Shown here piece after piece: positions 1 through 10,667 of a stretch of 27,374 bases of DNA (the first letter of the stretch is position 1; the number at the start of each line of letters is the position of its first letter). Made by a program: the position numbers and the translations under genes. The notes under the pieces were generated by a model. It searched no databases and was not told where the DNA came from. It saw only the letters and a program-made list of their open reading frames with translations. This DNA comes from Octopus sinensis (Eukaryota), in the NCBI RefSeq assembly GCF_006345805.1, contig NW_021833320.1, positions 1-27,374 on the forward strand, given 5' to 3'.

Positions 1-906
1 TATCATAGGTGATTAGTGAGGAGAGGTACGACGACGATCTTGGGGCGAACCTGGCCGTCGACGAGGAATACCTGACCCGCCTGTTTGAGACGACCTTCGG
101 GCCGGGACCTATGGACAACTTCCAGAGATCACTGGCCTGGCAGTGCTACCGAGAAGCGCTATCCGTTCGGGATAAGCTCTATAGGCATGGCTCGAGAAAC
201 ACGGGGCCGACCTGCCCGAGATGCGGCCAGAGCGACGAAACCGTTCTGCACGCAATCGTGCAGTGTCCAACAATCTCCGACCTGTGGGCTTATGTCGAAC
301 GACTGCTGTCACGTGTGGGACGTGTCGGTTTATCAGCTGAGTCTATCGTTAATATCATCACGCCTCCTTCCTTCATACTTGTGGCTATGGCGAAAGAATG
401 TATCTGGTGGACGTGTCAATCTCTCATCAACTTCTTCAAGTATCACTTGAAAATGAAAGTGAGAGTAGAGAAGCAAGTTTTGTCTAGTGAATGTTTTAAA
501 AAAAGATGGGTGAATGTAGCAAGGATGGGACGTATGAATGACGAAGCCACCTTGACTATGATCTTATGAACCGTAAAAATTAATGCAGAGAATTGCTTAT
601 TTGTAAAAAAAAAAAAATAACATATGACTTCATTGACCGAGGTTACCGTGGTCTTTTCCGTAGACTTTTCTTTCCACGGGTAAACCTCACCTGTCCTCCC
701 CTTTACACTTTACATTGAAATTTCTGTGATAACAATCCCTATTGATCGATTTTTTCTCTTTCCTTTTTTTTTGCTTTTCTCTTTCTTTCCATTTACGATC
801 CATTTTGATCGAAAACCAACCCATCTTTTTTTTATCTCCAAAAAGAAAAGCTCTACCTTGTAATTTGTCCTGTCTGTGTGCAGCCCTGTGTGGCTAATAA
901 AGAAAC
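1..906 (+). mobile_element. 3' part of a Tx1/L1-clade non-LTR retrotransposon (ORF2 C-terminus plus 3' UTR), cut by the window start
   Basis: ORF 9-569 has the CCHC zinc-knuckle context of L1/Tx1 ORF2 (CPRCGQSDETVLHAIVQCP, preceded by WQCYREALSVRDKL). A T-rich 3' UTR ends in AATAAAGAAAC and joins (TATC)n. The 3' UTR recurs at 23233-23454. Confidence 0.85.
9..569 (+). pseudogene. Disrupted ORF2 C-terminus (zf-RVT-like zinc-binding region) of the Tx1-like LINE
   Basis: An in-frame TAG at 6-8 lies directly upstream of the GTG used by the ORF track, so this is not a real start. CxxC...H...C motif present; stop at 567-569. Confidence 0.75.
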
Positions 907-907
907 A

Positions 908-1113
<206 letters not shown>

Positions 1114-1240
1114 GGAACCCCGACGGGATGAAAAGGAAACTTGATTGCTGCTGGATTCGAACTCAGACGGTAAACAAGTAGAAGAAATGCCGCTCAGCAT
1201 TTGGTCAGGAATGCTAACGATTCTGCTCTTTGGCCACCTT
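1114..1240 (-). mobile_element. SINE family B (AAGGCGGCGAGCTGGCAGAA-type head), 3'-truncated
   Basis: Reverse complement aligns with the copies at 6131-6346 and 22271-22452; B-box-like GAGTTCGAATCC. Confidence 0.75.
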
Positions 1241-1261
1241 AATATGAATACACGCTCACAT

Positions 1262-1370
1262 GCTAGCATACGCACTTACATACACACACACACCACACAC
1301 ATACACACACACACACACACGCACCCAAACACACATACACATATACTCACGTACGCACGCATACACGCAG

Positions 1371-1401
<31 letters not shown>

Positions 1402-1455
1402 TCCATGTACTATGAAGTAAGAGAAAAAGATATATATATATATGTATATAGATAA

Positions 1456-1506
<51 letters not shown>

Positions 1507-1512
1507 AAGAGA
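1262..1512. repeat. Compound microsatellite (CA)n, (TA)n, (GATA)n, (GA)n
   Basis: Seen directly. Confidence 0.95.
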
Positions 1513-1527
1513 GTGCGAAGTGGGAGA

Positions 1528-1581
1528 TGATGATGATAATGATGACGACGACGACGACGACAACAATGATGAAGACGACAG

Positions 1582-1612
<31 letters not shown>

Positions 1613-1636
1613 AGTGATGATGACGATGACGACGAC

Positions 1637-1670
<34 letters not shown>

Positions 1671-1702
1671 GTGGTAGTGGTGGTGGTGGTGTTGGTGGTG
1701 GC
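1528..1702. repeat. Compound trinucleotide repeat (GAT)n/(GAC)n/(GGT)n
   Basis: Seen directly; explains the poly-Asp, poly-Thr and poly-Met ORFs. Confidence 0.95.
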
Positions 1703-2004
1703 TATGTCCAGAACGGCTTTGATCCCCGAATATTGCAATATCAGAAAAGCCAATGGAAAAGTGAGATGCTTTGAGAAGCGGATGCGAGATACATGAAACA
1801 AACAGCCCCTTGGCTAAGACCCTAATCAAATATATACAGTTACAGTTTCTACATATCGTGTTAGCCGTTTGCAGCATTGAGATGGACTGAAACAAAAGAA
1901 ATAAAAGGTTCTGCAACGATATATAACGAAATCATACAGTGGCAACTTCTGTTACTAACTGCACACGTTATGAAAGGAAAAAATGAAGCTTAAAGATTTA
2001 TAAA

Positions 2005-2510
2005 TACACACACACACACACACACACCACGCACATACACATAGAGGCACACAGAGGTATACACACAGGGGTACACACACAAACAGAGGAACGCAAACGC
2101 ATACGCACACATACACACACACACACACAAATACATACACACACAGAAGAACGCACACGCATACACACACATACACACAGGCACACACACAAACACATAC
2201 ACACAGGCACACACACACACAAACACATACACACACAGAGGCACGCATACGCACACATACACACACAGACACACAAACAGGTACACACACAAACACATAC
2301 ACACACAGAGGCACGCACACGCATACGCACACATACACACACCCACAGGCACACACACACAAACACATACACACACAGAGGAACGCACACGCACACACAC
2401 ACATACACACAGGCACACACACACACGAACACATACACACACAGAGGAACGCATACGCACACAGACACACGCACACACACACACACACACAGACACACAC
2501 GCACGCATAT
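2005..2510. repeat. CA-rich minisatellite with a higher-order unit of about 55-70 bp
   Basis: Recurring block AAACACATACACACACAGAGG(A/C)ACGCA(C/T)ACGCA, about 5 copies, embedded in (CA)n. Confidence 0.85.
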
Positions 2511-2787
2511 GGATCCCGTTTAGAATATCTGACCATAGTGTTCAGTTATTCAATCAACTGGATTACGAAGTTCGGCGAACTAGAACATGCGCAGGCATGG
2601 CTATGTAGTAAAACAATTTGTTTCTCAACCACATGGTTCCAGACTCGGTCCCACTGTGTGGCAGCTTCGGTAAGTATCTTCTACTATAATTGCGGACCGA
2701 CCAAAGCCTTGTGAGTGGATTTGGTAGGCGGAAACTGAAAGAATCCCATTGTGTGTGTGTTAAATGTTATATAATATATATATATAT

Positions 2788-2828
<41 letters not shown>

Positions 2829-2832
<4 letters not shown>

Positions 2833-3103
2833 ACAGTAGTCTGGAACAACTGAATCTTAGTCAGTCAGTTGATGGGCTCCACTACCTCAATGTTCTTAAA
2901 ATTTAATCCACATCTTTGTCTATATATCTACCTCTCTATAATGTTGCCACTTGATATGAAATTTTGATTAATGGAAAACTCTATAATTGGCTGATGAGTG
3001 CTCAGCATTTTAAAACTGTTGTAATACTACAACGTTTAATAAAATGATGTAGTACGAAACGATCGTACCAATTACCGGAGTCATTCTTGTTGCTTATTTT
3101 GAT
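2829..3103 (+). mobile_element. Hammerhead-bearing insert, probably a Penelope-like element pseudo-LTR fragment or a retrozyme monomer
   Basis: About 275 bp of non-repetitive sequence with (TA)n on both sides; carries a type I hammerhead with a palindromic stem III, the arrangement described for Penelope-like elements. Confidence 0.65.
2970..3085 (+). ncRNA. Type I hammerhead ribozyme, predicted cleavage after GUA (A3067)
   Basis: Stem I TAATTGG(2984-2990)/CCAATTA(3068-3074), extended by ACTC/GAGT and AATG/CATT. Core CTGATGA 2991-2997; G2998 pairs with C3055; GAAA 3056-3059; stem III within palindrome ACGATCGT 3059-3066; H17 = A3067. Stem II is a long interrupted hairpin, 2998-3055. Confidence 0.88.
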
Positions 3104-3529
3104 TATATATATATATAATATATATATATGTATATGCATATATATACATATGCGGTGTTTGTGCTTGTGTTTGTCCCGTACCATCGCTTTACAGCCAGTG
3201 TTGTTTCTTTTTACGTCCCCGTAACATAGTGGCTTGGCAAAAGTGACCGACATAATAAGTACCAAACTAGAAAAAAAAGCAAAATACCCCACCATAACAC
3301 AGGGGTTCGATTTGTTCGGCTTAACCTCGTCAAGGTGGTGCTCCAGCATGGCCACTGTCCAATGACTGAAACAAGTAAAAGAAGGGATTGAGTAGTCAAC
3401 AAACAAATGCACCATTGATATAATTATTAAGAGGAATCATTACGGAACTGGGAAACAAGCCTTTAAATTTCAGGTATAATCAATGCGATGGGCTTGAATT
3501 CAGTTTCAATGCGCGGAAATATATATACA

Positions 3530-3906
3530 CTAGCAGTATCGCCCGGCGTTGCTCAGGTTTGTAAGGGAAATAACTATAAAGCATTTTTAGAGAGTTATAG
3601 CCAAAAAACAGCAAAGAAATGGAAAAAAAAAGATGGTAATTTTTTTTTAGTTAAAAAGTGGAGTTGCGTTCCCTAGACAGTTTGCGGTTTGTGTTTCTGA
3701 TTCTCGACCCCATGTCGAATTTATCGATTTTTTCAGAACTGGGGGAACTTTTCAAAATTTTCGCTGCGTTAGTTTTGAATTATGACATGGGCTATGTGTG
3801 TGTCAAGTTTCATCAGAATCGGTTGAAAGCCGTGGTCAGGGTGAGGGTACGAGAAACAGACACACAAGAAAACGCACAGACAAACTGCCGTTTATATAGA
3901 GAAAGA
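3530..3906 (-). mobile_element. Complete non-autonomous Helitron, 377 bp
   Basis: The minus strand starts A|TCTTTCTCTATATAAA and ends with a GC-rich imperfect hairpin (CCTGAGCAACGCCGGGC) about 8 nt before CTAG|T. No TSD; A|T target site. The internal AAGTTTCATCAGAATCGG...ACAGAC motif resembles widespread small Helitron-type elements. Confidence 0.85.
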
Positions 3907-3963
3907 TATATACATACATACATACATACATACATACATACATACATACATACATACATACAT

Positions 3964-4031
<68 letters not shown>

Positions 4032-4100
4032 CAATAAATGCATATATACATACGTATATGTACATACCTACATATATATGTATATATACATGCATATATG
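3907..4100. repeat. (TACA)n-(CA)n-(TA)n microsatellite
   Basis: Seen directly. Confidence 0.95.
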
Positions 4101-4104
4101 GATA

Positions 4105-4430
4105 CAGGACATCAAAAAAGCGTTGAACACAATGAGAAATGAAAACATAAAAACAAAAACATAGAAAACGAACTTTTTTTTCGAACAACGAAAAAAAGCA
4201 AACAGAGAAACGAGACATGCAACGAGACTTGAATATTCCCCTTCATCAGTTGTCCCTGTTTCATCCACTCCGCGTTTTCGAAGTTAAGGACAATACGCGA
4301 CTTCGATAAAAAGTCCTTCTTGCAAAGCAAATTAAATAAAATTTGGGATTTTTTGCGGAGGGTGAAAGTGGTAACAAGAACAGGACAGTGAGAACAAGAC
4401 ATTAAAAGCAAGCGGTGAGGGTTGTTAATC
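4105..4430 (-). mobile_element. Possible retroelement 3' tail (Penelope-like architecture)
   Basis: The minus strand has a T-rich tail ending at a TA microsatellite and a TCGAAG...CGAAAACG motif laid out like those at 18773 and 22732. Family assignment is tentative. Confidence 0.35.
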
Positions 4431-4579
4431 CAAGACGATGGTAGGTGGAAAATAACTAGACATTAAAAATTGCTTATAGGATTTTTAGTATCACTGAAGT
4501 CATGACGAAAACATTTTTTTAAACAGACAACACTAATGGGGATTTCTTATTGTCTTATCTCTTATTTCTTATTTTCTAG

Positions 4580-4657
4580 TTGGCCGGTCGCTTGACTGTT
4601 CAGGAGCGAGCTGAGATAGCAGCACGCTATGAAGTCTGGAATTCTATTGTTTTGGTA
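4580..4657 (+). pseudogene. Short N-terminal fragment of a Tc1/mariner-type transposase (HTH start)
   Basis: Translates to AGRLTVQERAEIAARYEVWNSIVLV, resembling N-terminal HTH regions of IS630-Tc1-mariner transposases. No TIR found. Confidence 0.4.
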
Positions 4658-5120
4658 TATATACCAATGACAGTGCATAGTATGATCCACGAAGGTGATA
4701 ATCCAAGTAGAAGAATAATGAAAACCCAAATAGAATTCGAGTGGCAATCTGAATAGAGTTCAGGGGTAAGGTAATCCTTGAGAGGTGGCAACACTTCCAG
4801 AAGTGGGTCGAAATGTAGACGAGGGCGTCTAAGATGGGAGCATGCTTAGAGAGACAGGATCATACTGAGCTCAGGGAAGCTGGAAGAAATCATTAAGATT
4901 TTGAGCATACGCTCTTTTACGGAAAGGATAGAGAAAAATGGAGGGAGTAGACTGGAAGAAGAAGTTGGCTTGAGGTGTGGGCAGCAACGGAACAAAAGTG
5001 ACCTGTGTGTGAGACAAAATCACACACACACACCACACACATACAAGCACATACATACATACATACATACATACATACATACATACATACATACATACAT
5101 ACATGTGTGCGTGTGTGTGT

Positions 5121-5440
5121 GAAGGCACGTGGCTTAGTGGTTAGAGTATTCGGCTTATGATCGCAAGGTCGTGAGTTCAAATCACGATGAAGTGTTGTGT
5201 CCTTGAGCAAGATATTTTATTTCACGTTGCTCCAGTTCACTAGCTGGCGAAAAGGAGTAGTATCTATATTTCAAACGGTAGGCTTTTGTATTCTATGTCA
5301 CGCTGAATCTCCCTGAAAACTACGTTAAGGATACGCGTTTGTGGAGTACTCAGCCACTTGTACGCTAATTTCAAGAGCAAGCTGTTCCGTTGATCGGATC
5401 ACCTGGAACCCTAGTCGTCGTAACCGGTGGAGTGCCAGTT
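5121..5440 (+). mobile_element. tRNA-derived SINE family C
   Basis: A box TGGCTTAGTGG, B box GAGTTCAAAT, then a central domain TGTGTCCTTGAGCAAGA...GCTCCAGTTCAC, then a family-specific tail. Confidence 0.85.
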
Positions 5441-5469
5441 TATGTACATATACATACATATATGCTTCT

Positions 5470-5804
5470 GAGACCCCCTTCAGTCATGATTGACCGTGGG
5501 ATTGCACCTAGAAAGTTACCCTCCCAGGTACAAGTCCGGGCAAGGTTGTTTATGGAAGACCAGCAGTCGCCCATGCATACCGGCCTTCCCTCTCTACGCC
5601 ACCAGTGTTATCCAAGGAAAAGGCAAAGGCCGATACAGCTTGGCACCAGTGACGTCGCAACTCATTTCTACAGCTGAGTGAACTGGAGCAATGTGAAATA
5701 TAGTGTCTTGCTCAAGAACACAACACGAAGCTCGGTCCGAGATTCGAACTCACAACCTCACGATCGTAAGCTCGACGCTCTAACCACTGAGCCATATGCC
5801 TTCA
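5470..5804 (-). mobile_element. tRNA-derived SINE family D (same head and central domain as C, different tail)
   Basis: The minus strand reads GAAGGCATATGGCTCAGTGGTTAGAGCG...GAGTTCGAATC...TGTGTTCTTGAGCAAGACAC...GCTCCAGTTCACTCAGCTGTAGAAATGAG. Confidence 0.85.
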
Positions 5805-6130
5805 CATATATACATATATACATATGTATAAATGTATATGAACTTATATGCATGTAAGTGTATACGCGTGTTCATGTGTATGTCAACATGCATGTGCATA
5901 TCTGTGTAACAATCCATGTTATTTATGTTATGTAACTGAAGTTCCTTCTCGTTGCGGTTCGAAAATGGACGACTAATACTTTAAAGTTTGATAAAAATGT
6001 GACTCGATTGTCAGATGCTTTGAATTCACTACATGTTTCCGTTTTTGTCCTTCTTTTGTTTTTCGAGTTTTCTGTCAAAAATAGACGGGTCTCATCAGTA
6101 TTAAATACTATTTTCAAAATACAGAATCGT

Positions 6131-6346
6131 ATTGGTTTCAAATTTTGGCAGAAGACCTGCAATTCTAGGGAAGGTGTAACCCGATGACATCGACCCCAGT
6201 GCTCAACTTGTACTTATTTTATCGACCTCAAAATGATGAAAGGCAAAGCTGACCTCGATGGAATTTGAACTCAGAAAGTAAAGATGAACGAAATCCGCTA
6301 AGCATTTTTGCCCGGCGTGCTAACGTTTCTGCCAGCTCGTCGCCTT
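6131..6346 (-). mobile_element. SINE family B, near full length
   Basis: Head AAGGCGACGAGCTGGCAGAAACGTTAGCACG, B box GAGTTCAAATTCC, tail CCAAAATTTGAAACCAAT. Confidence 0.85.
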
Positions 6347-7069
6347 AAAAACCACAGAAACATATTATTTTTGTTAATTTTGGGGTAAATTCCCGTTTAC
6401 TTTTCTTATCATTGTTCAATATTCGCCATTAAAATTGATATTATATCGAGAACATCGATCTAAAAATGTTTTGAAACATCACTTACTTCAAGAAAACCAA
6501 TGAGATGCTGATGCATTACATGGATGCATTTTGGGGTAATATCCTTTATCCCAAATTTTAGAGCTTTTCCCATTGTTTCCATAATGTTACTAAGCATGTA
6601 TGACATACGTTTTAAAGTTATTGAATATCCAGTCATTGTATTACCACAGCTTTCTCCGTTTCTTCAAACTGTTTTAACAATTGATTCGGTTATATTAAGT
6701 TGTACCGTGGATACTGTCGAGCCGTTACATTTTAAAGTTGATTTAATATTTTAATTTTCGTTTCTAGAGAAACCGACTTGCTTACACCATCTTGTTTTGA
6801 AATGAAACACTGTAATTTATAATTACAAATGTATTTCACGGAATATAAAAATAAAAAATAAAAATAGAACTTCAGTATTACTTTAACAAGCAATCTCCCT
6901 CACTCTCTGAGAAGTGACATAAAAATATAATGAAAGGAATACATACCAAAAGTAAAAGAAAAAACCCCGAAAAAAACTCCAGTTAAAATCGGGAAGAACG
7001 ACGTAGCGTAGAGAAGTATTTCTAAAAGATATACGTAAGGCTATGAAAAATAAATGAAGGAAAAAATTA

Positions 7070-7106
7070 CCATATATATATGTTAACATATATGTACATA
7101 AATATG

Positions 7107-7145
<39 letters not shown>

Positions 7146-7289
7146 GCATATTAGATATGCATGAGTACAAATGTATGATATGTATGCATTATATATATGT
7201 ATATATATGTATACATATATATGTGTGTATGCATGCATGTGTACATATGTATGCATATATATATGTATATATGCATATGTATGTTTATA

Positions 7290-7328
<39 letters not shown>

Positions 7329-7526
7329 ATATATATATATATATATATATATGCATACGTACAAGCATCTACATAGACATGCACACTCACTCACACACAT
7401 ACACATGCTCGAACGAATGCATCCAGCCATCCAAGCGAAAAACTATTCTTTATGGTAAATGAGGAAATCATTACCTTCGAGCCACTATATATATATATAC
7501 ATACATAGACACATATGTATGTATAA

Positions 7527-7572
<46 letters not shown>

Positions 7573-7622
7573 CTATATATATATGCACATAATACATAGA
7601 CATGCATACATATATGTATATA

Positions 7623-7686
<64 letters not shown>

Positions 7687-8216
7687 TATATATATATTAC
7701 TATATATATTATATACATGTAAATATGTACATACAGATATACACCTGTTTAGCTTTATATGGACACACATATAAACATGAATGTATATTCATATATACTG
7801 TTCCATATGCACACAACCACACATACTCACATAGCCAAACATAGCATTAATACATACAAATACTCATATAAAAACGCATAAATATAGTCAGATTTCTGTT
7901 TTAATTACCTTTAAAAAACCCAGTATATGATTTGTTTTTTTGCAGTCATCAAATAAAAATGTGTTTAAACGAAGAATTTTCTCAGATAATTGAAAGAAAA
8001 ACAAACTTGTTCATAGAAATACAGTATTTTGGGAAATATATCTTAGTTTGACTTCATATATGTGCTATATATGATATATATATAATATATATATATATAT
8101 AATATATATATATATATATTAATATATATAGCATATATATTTATATATTATGTGTGGTATGCTTGTACTTACATCTGTGCACGTAAGTGTATGAATGTAT
8201 GCATATATATCTATAT

Positions 8217-8296
<80 letters not shown>

Positions 8297-8460
8297 GTAT
8301 AGTATAATATATACTGTATACATATATATATATATTATATATATATGTATATATATATATATATGTATGTATATTGTATTACATATGTGAATGTGTGTTT
8401 GGATGTATGTGCGTGTGTGCATGTGTGTGTATATAATGTATATGCATATGTGCGCATATC
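7070..8460. repeat. Large field of (TA)n/(TATG)n/(TATC)n microsatellites with short unique spacers
   Basis: Seen directly. Confidence 0.9.
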
Positions 8461-8539
8461 TATGAATGTTCGCGTCCACCTATGGATGTGTACATGAAAC
8501 CACCTGAAGAAAAATTGTTACACTATTCGCACCATTATT

Positions 8540-8950
8540 CAGTCAACCACCATAGCCAACACTACCACCCACCACCACCCACCACCTGCCTCCACCAGGA
8601 CAACACTCACCACTACCACTACGACCATCACCATTAAAGGAGCCAACGCCAGTACTACCACCGCGACCACCTCCACAACTGCCACCAACATTCTTATGCC
8701 ACTGCCACCACTACCATTGCTGCCAGCACTCCTCCTACACCAACACCACCAGCACCACCAGCATCAGCACCACCACCACCACCCACCACCACCACTACCT
8801 ACACTTTCACCACCAGCACCACTGCCGCCGCCGCTTTCATTCCGAAAACGACGGTAAAGAGGACGATGACGATGACAACTGCCACCAACACCACTACTAC
8901 CACCACAACCACCACGACCACCACTGACACCCTTACTACCACTACCAGCA
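8540..8950. repeat. Degenerate (CAC/ACC/TAC)n trinucleotide low-complexity tract
   Basis: Seen directly. Confidence 0.9.
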
Positions 8951-9259
8951 TCCAAAACAGTAACTCAGCCCTTTTCGGTTGTAGTGCAGTAGGCACCACT
9001 ATCACTATGAAAACACAGCTATGATGTACTACAATTCTAGCTACGTTATATACGGATATTGCTTGATTGTAGTATTGAAGTGGCGTAGAAGTTAAGTGAT
9101 GCTTGAATATATTGAGAAAGCAATTTATTACCAAAATAAAAAAAAAATTAGAAAAAGAAAGGAAGAAATAGAGTCAAGATATAAATTTTAAAAAATGGGA
9201 AAACAACCGTCTGAAGTCAAAGTATTGCATGGTGAAGGAAAAGAAAATGTATTGATATT

Positions 9260-9945
9260 TCGAGTAATTTGTCCTCTGTCAAGATAGGCGAAGAAGGGGA
9301 GGAAGTATCAAAAATAGTTGGAGAATAATACTTCTGCGCGCGCACTTGTGCGTGTGTGTGCGTGCGTGTTTATGTGTGTGAATATTTTACAGCAACATAC
9401 AGGGTAAATAATGGTGGAACGGAAGTCAATACAGATAAGTAGTTTATGGTAGAAGAACATGTGTTGAACGCAGAGTTAATGTTGGTCATATTCTGGAGGA
9501 ATTAGAAAGTTGTGAACCAGTGGGTGAGAAGGAAGACTAGGGTGTAAGAGAGAATGAAGGGAAAGGTAAGAGGTAGTAGCGCTTCAAGCGTTATTGACAT
9601 AATGGCATGTATATGTGAACATGTTTTGCATACATATATTAGAATACTGCCGTGAACGGGACTGGGGGATTCTAGTGAGAATGCATGTAGCGACAAATTC
9701 TGTTGGTGTCAACGAAACACCACGTATGTGTGAACGTAGGTAGTGACAAGTAGAACGATAGCAAGTAGAACGGTGGCGTGAAAGTGAATGCGTGGGTGTT
9801 TATGTGTACTTTATGCTTGATGCATCGAGGATTGACTGTCCCTAAGTTGAAGTCTAACTGCTGCTTATAGAATATTTTAGAAGGAATGCTTCTGAAGAAG
9901 TGAAGTGGCGAGAAACTAGTTTTAGACTCTCGCTCATACATGCTA
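9260..9945 (-). mobile_element. Degenerate Penelope-like element 3' region (end of GIY-YIG ORF plus tail)
   Basis: The minus-strand peptide KQQLDFNLGTVNPRCIK resembles the C-terminal EQxLIFxLGTLxPxGLN motif of Penelope GIY-YIG endonucleases. It is followed by a pyrimidine-rich tail and a decayed TTGACAGAG...CTCGAAATATC motif near 9265-9295. Confidence 0.4.
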
Positions 9946-10667
9946 CTTTGTTAATATTACCTGAATAGCTGCAACCATCCGTGTTCTCTGATCTATCGCT
10001 CGCTATCCTCCATACAATACACTCATACATCTAATTCATTAAGTGTATCACTTCTCAAACACTTCACCGACTTTCGTTCTATGCGTTTACATTCTTCAAC
10101 TATTTTTCATTCTCTCCTTCTCTACGCATACAAAGATTATTTGACAAAGGGCAAATAATCCGAAACACCATGATCTCCTTTCGTTCGCAGCGTAAAATTT
10201 CGTACAATTATCTTTTGCTCGCTGTGGTTTGTTTCATTTGGCTCATAAATTCATTACATAATTCTTTCACGCTGACACAAATGAAAATCCCGGATTACGT
10301 AGATACTGGATTTCTGAAATTTATTTACTTTTGATGGTTTGCTGTAAGAAAATATGCACGTGTATTTGAGTGAACGCAAACGTAAACGAAAACATGGATG
10401 CAACCACCCAAATCCACTCATACACATATTTTAAGGGGATATGACAAACACAGAGAGACACACAAAGACATCACAGACCTCAAAGAAGCGCACACCCAAT
10501 AAAAAAAATCAGCTACACAGTTACCTAGTTATATACCAACATACAAAGACTCGTTTATACACACAATGACACACGAAGACAAATCTAGGACTAGAAACAT
10601 CGAGAAATGGAAATTAGTACATACCTAATGTCTTCAATATATTCCTATAATCACAAGACGGTACGTA

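Larger units (their letters stand above)
2589..3383 (+). mobile_element. SINE family A (tRNA-type head, internal TG/TA microsatellite), split by an insertion in its microsatellite
   Basis: The 5' half (2589-2750) and 3' half (3152-3383, ending AATGACTGAAACAAGTAAAAG) each align with the uninterrupted copy at 24692-25071. Confidence 0.85.

Noticed and set aside
1410-1916. Poly-His/Arg and poly-Asp ORFs, and the Gly/Val-rich ORFs at 8764-9134
   Set aside because: Trinucleotide microsatellites with no flanking coding signal.
4780-4900. RRGRLRWE peptide resembling an RTE C-terminal motif
   Set aside because: A single short motif with a stop right after it; insufficient.
5121-5200. tRNA-like sequences here and at 5730-5804
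   Set aside because: A and B boxes are present, but the acceptor stem does not close and the sequence continues into a SINE body; these are SINE heads, not tRNA genes.
6487-6668. Candidate minus-strand exon ending at a GTAAGT donor
   Set aside because: The acceptor is weak, and all three frames contain a stop when it is used.
9885-9930. CTGAAGA...GAAACTAGTT motif
   Set aside because: No stem I or stem II pairing, and it is antisense to the Penelope-like ORF relic it lies in; probably chance.
10135-10166. 9-bp hairpin GATTATTTG/CAAATAATC followed by CGAAAC
   Set aside because: It looks like a hammerhead stem II, but there is no upstream core box or cleavage triplet.
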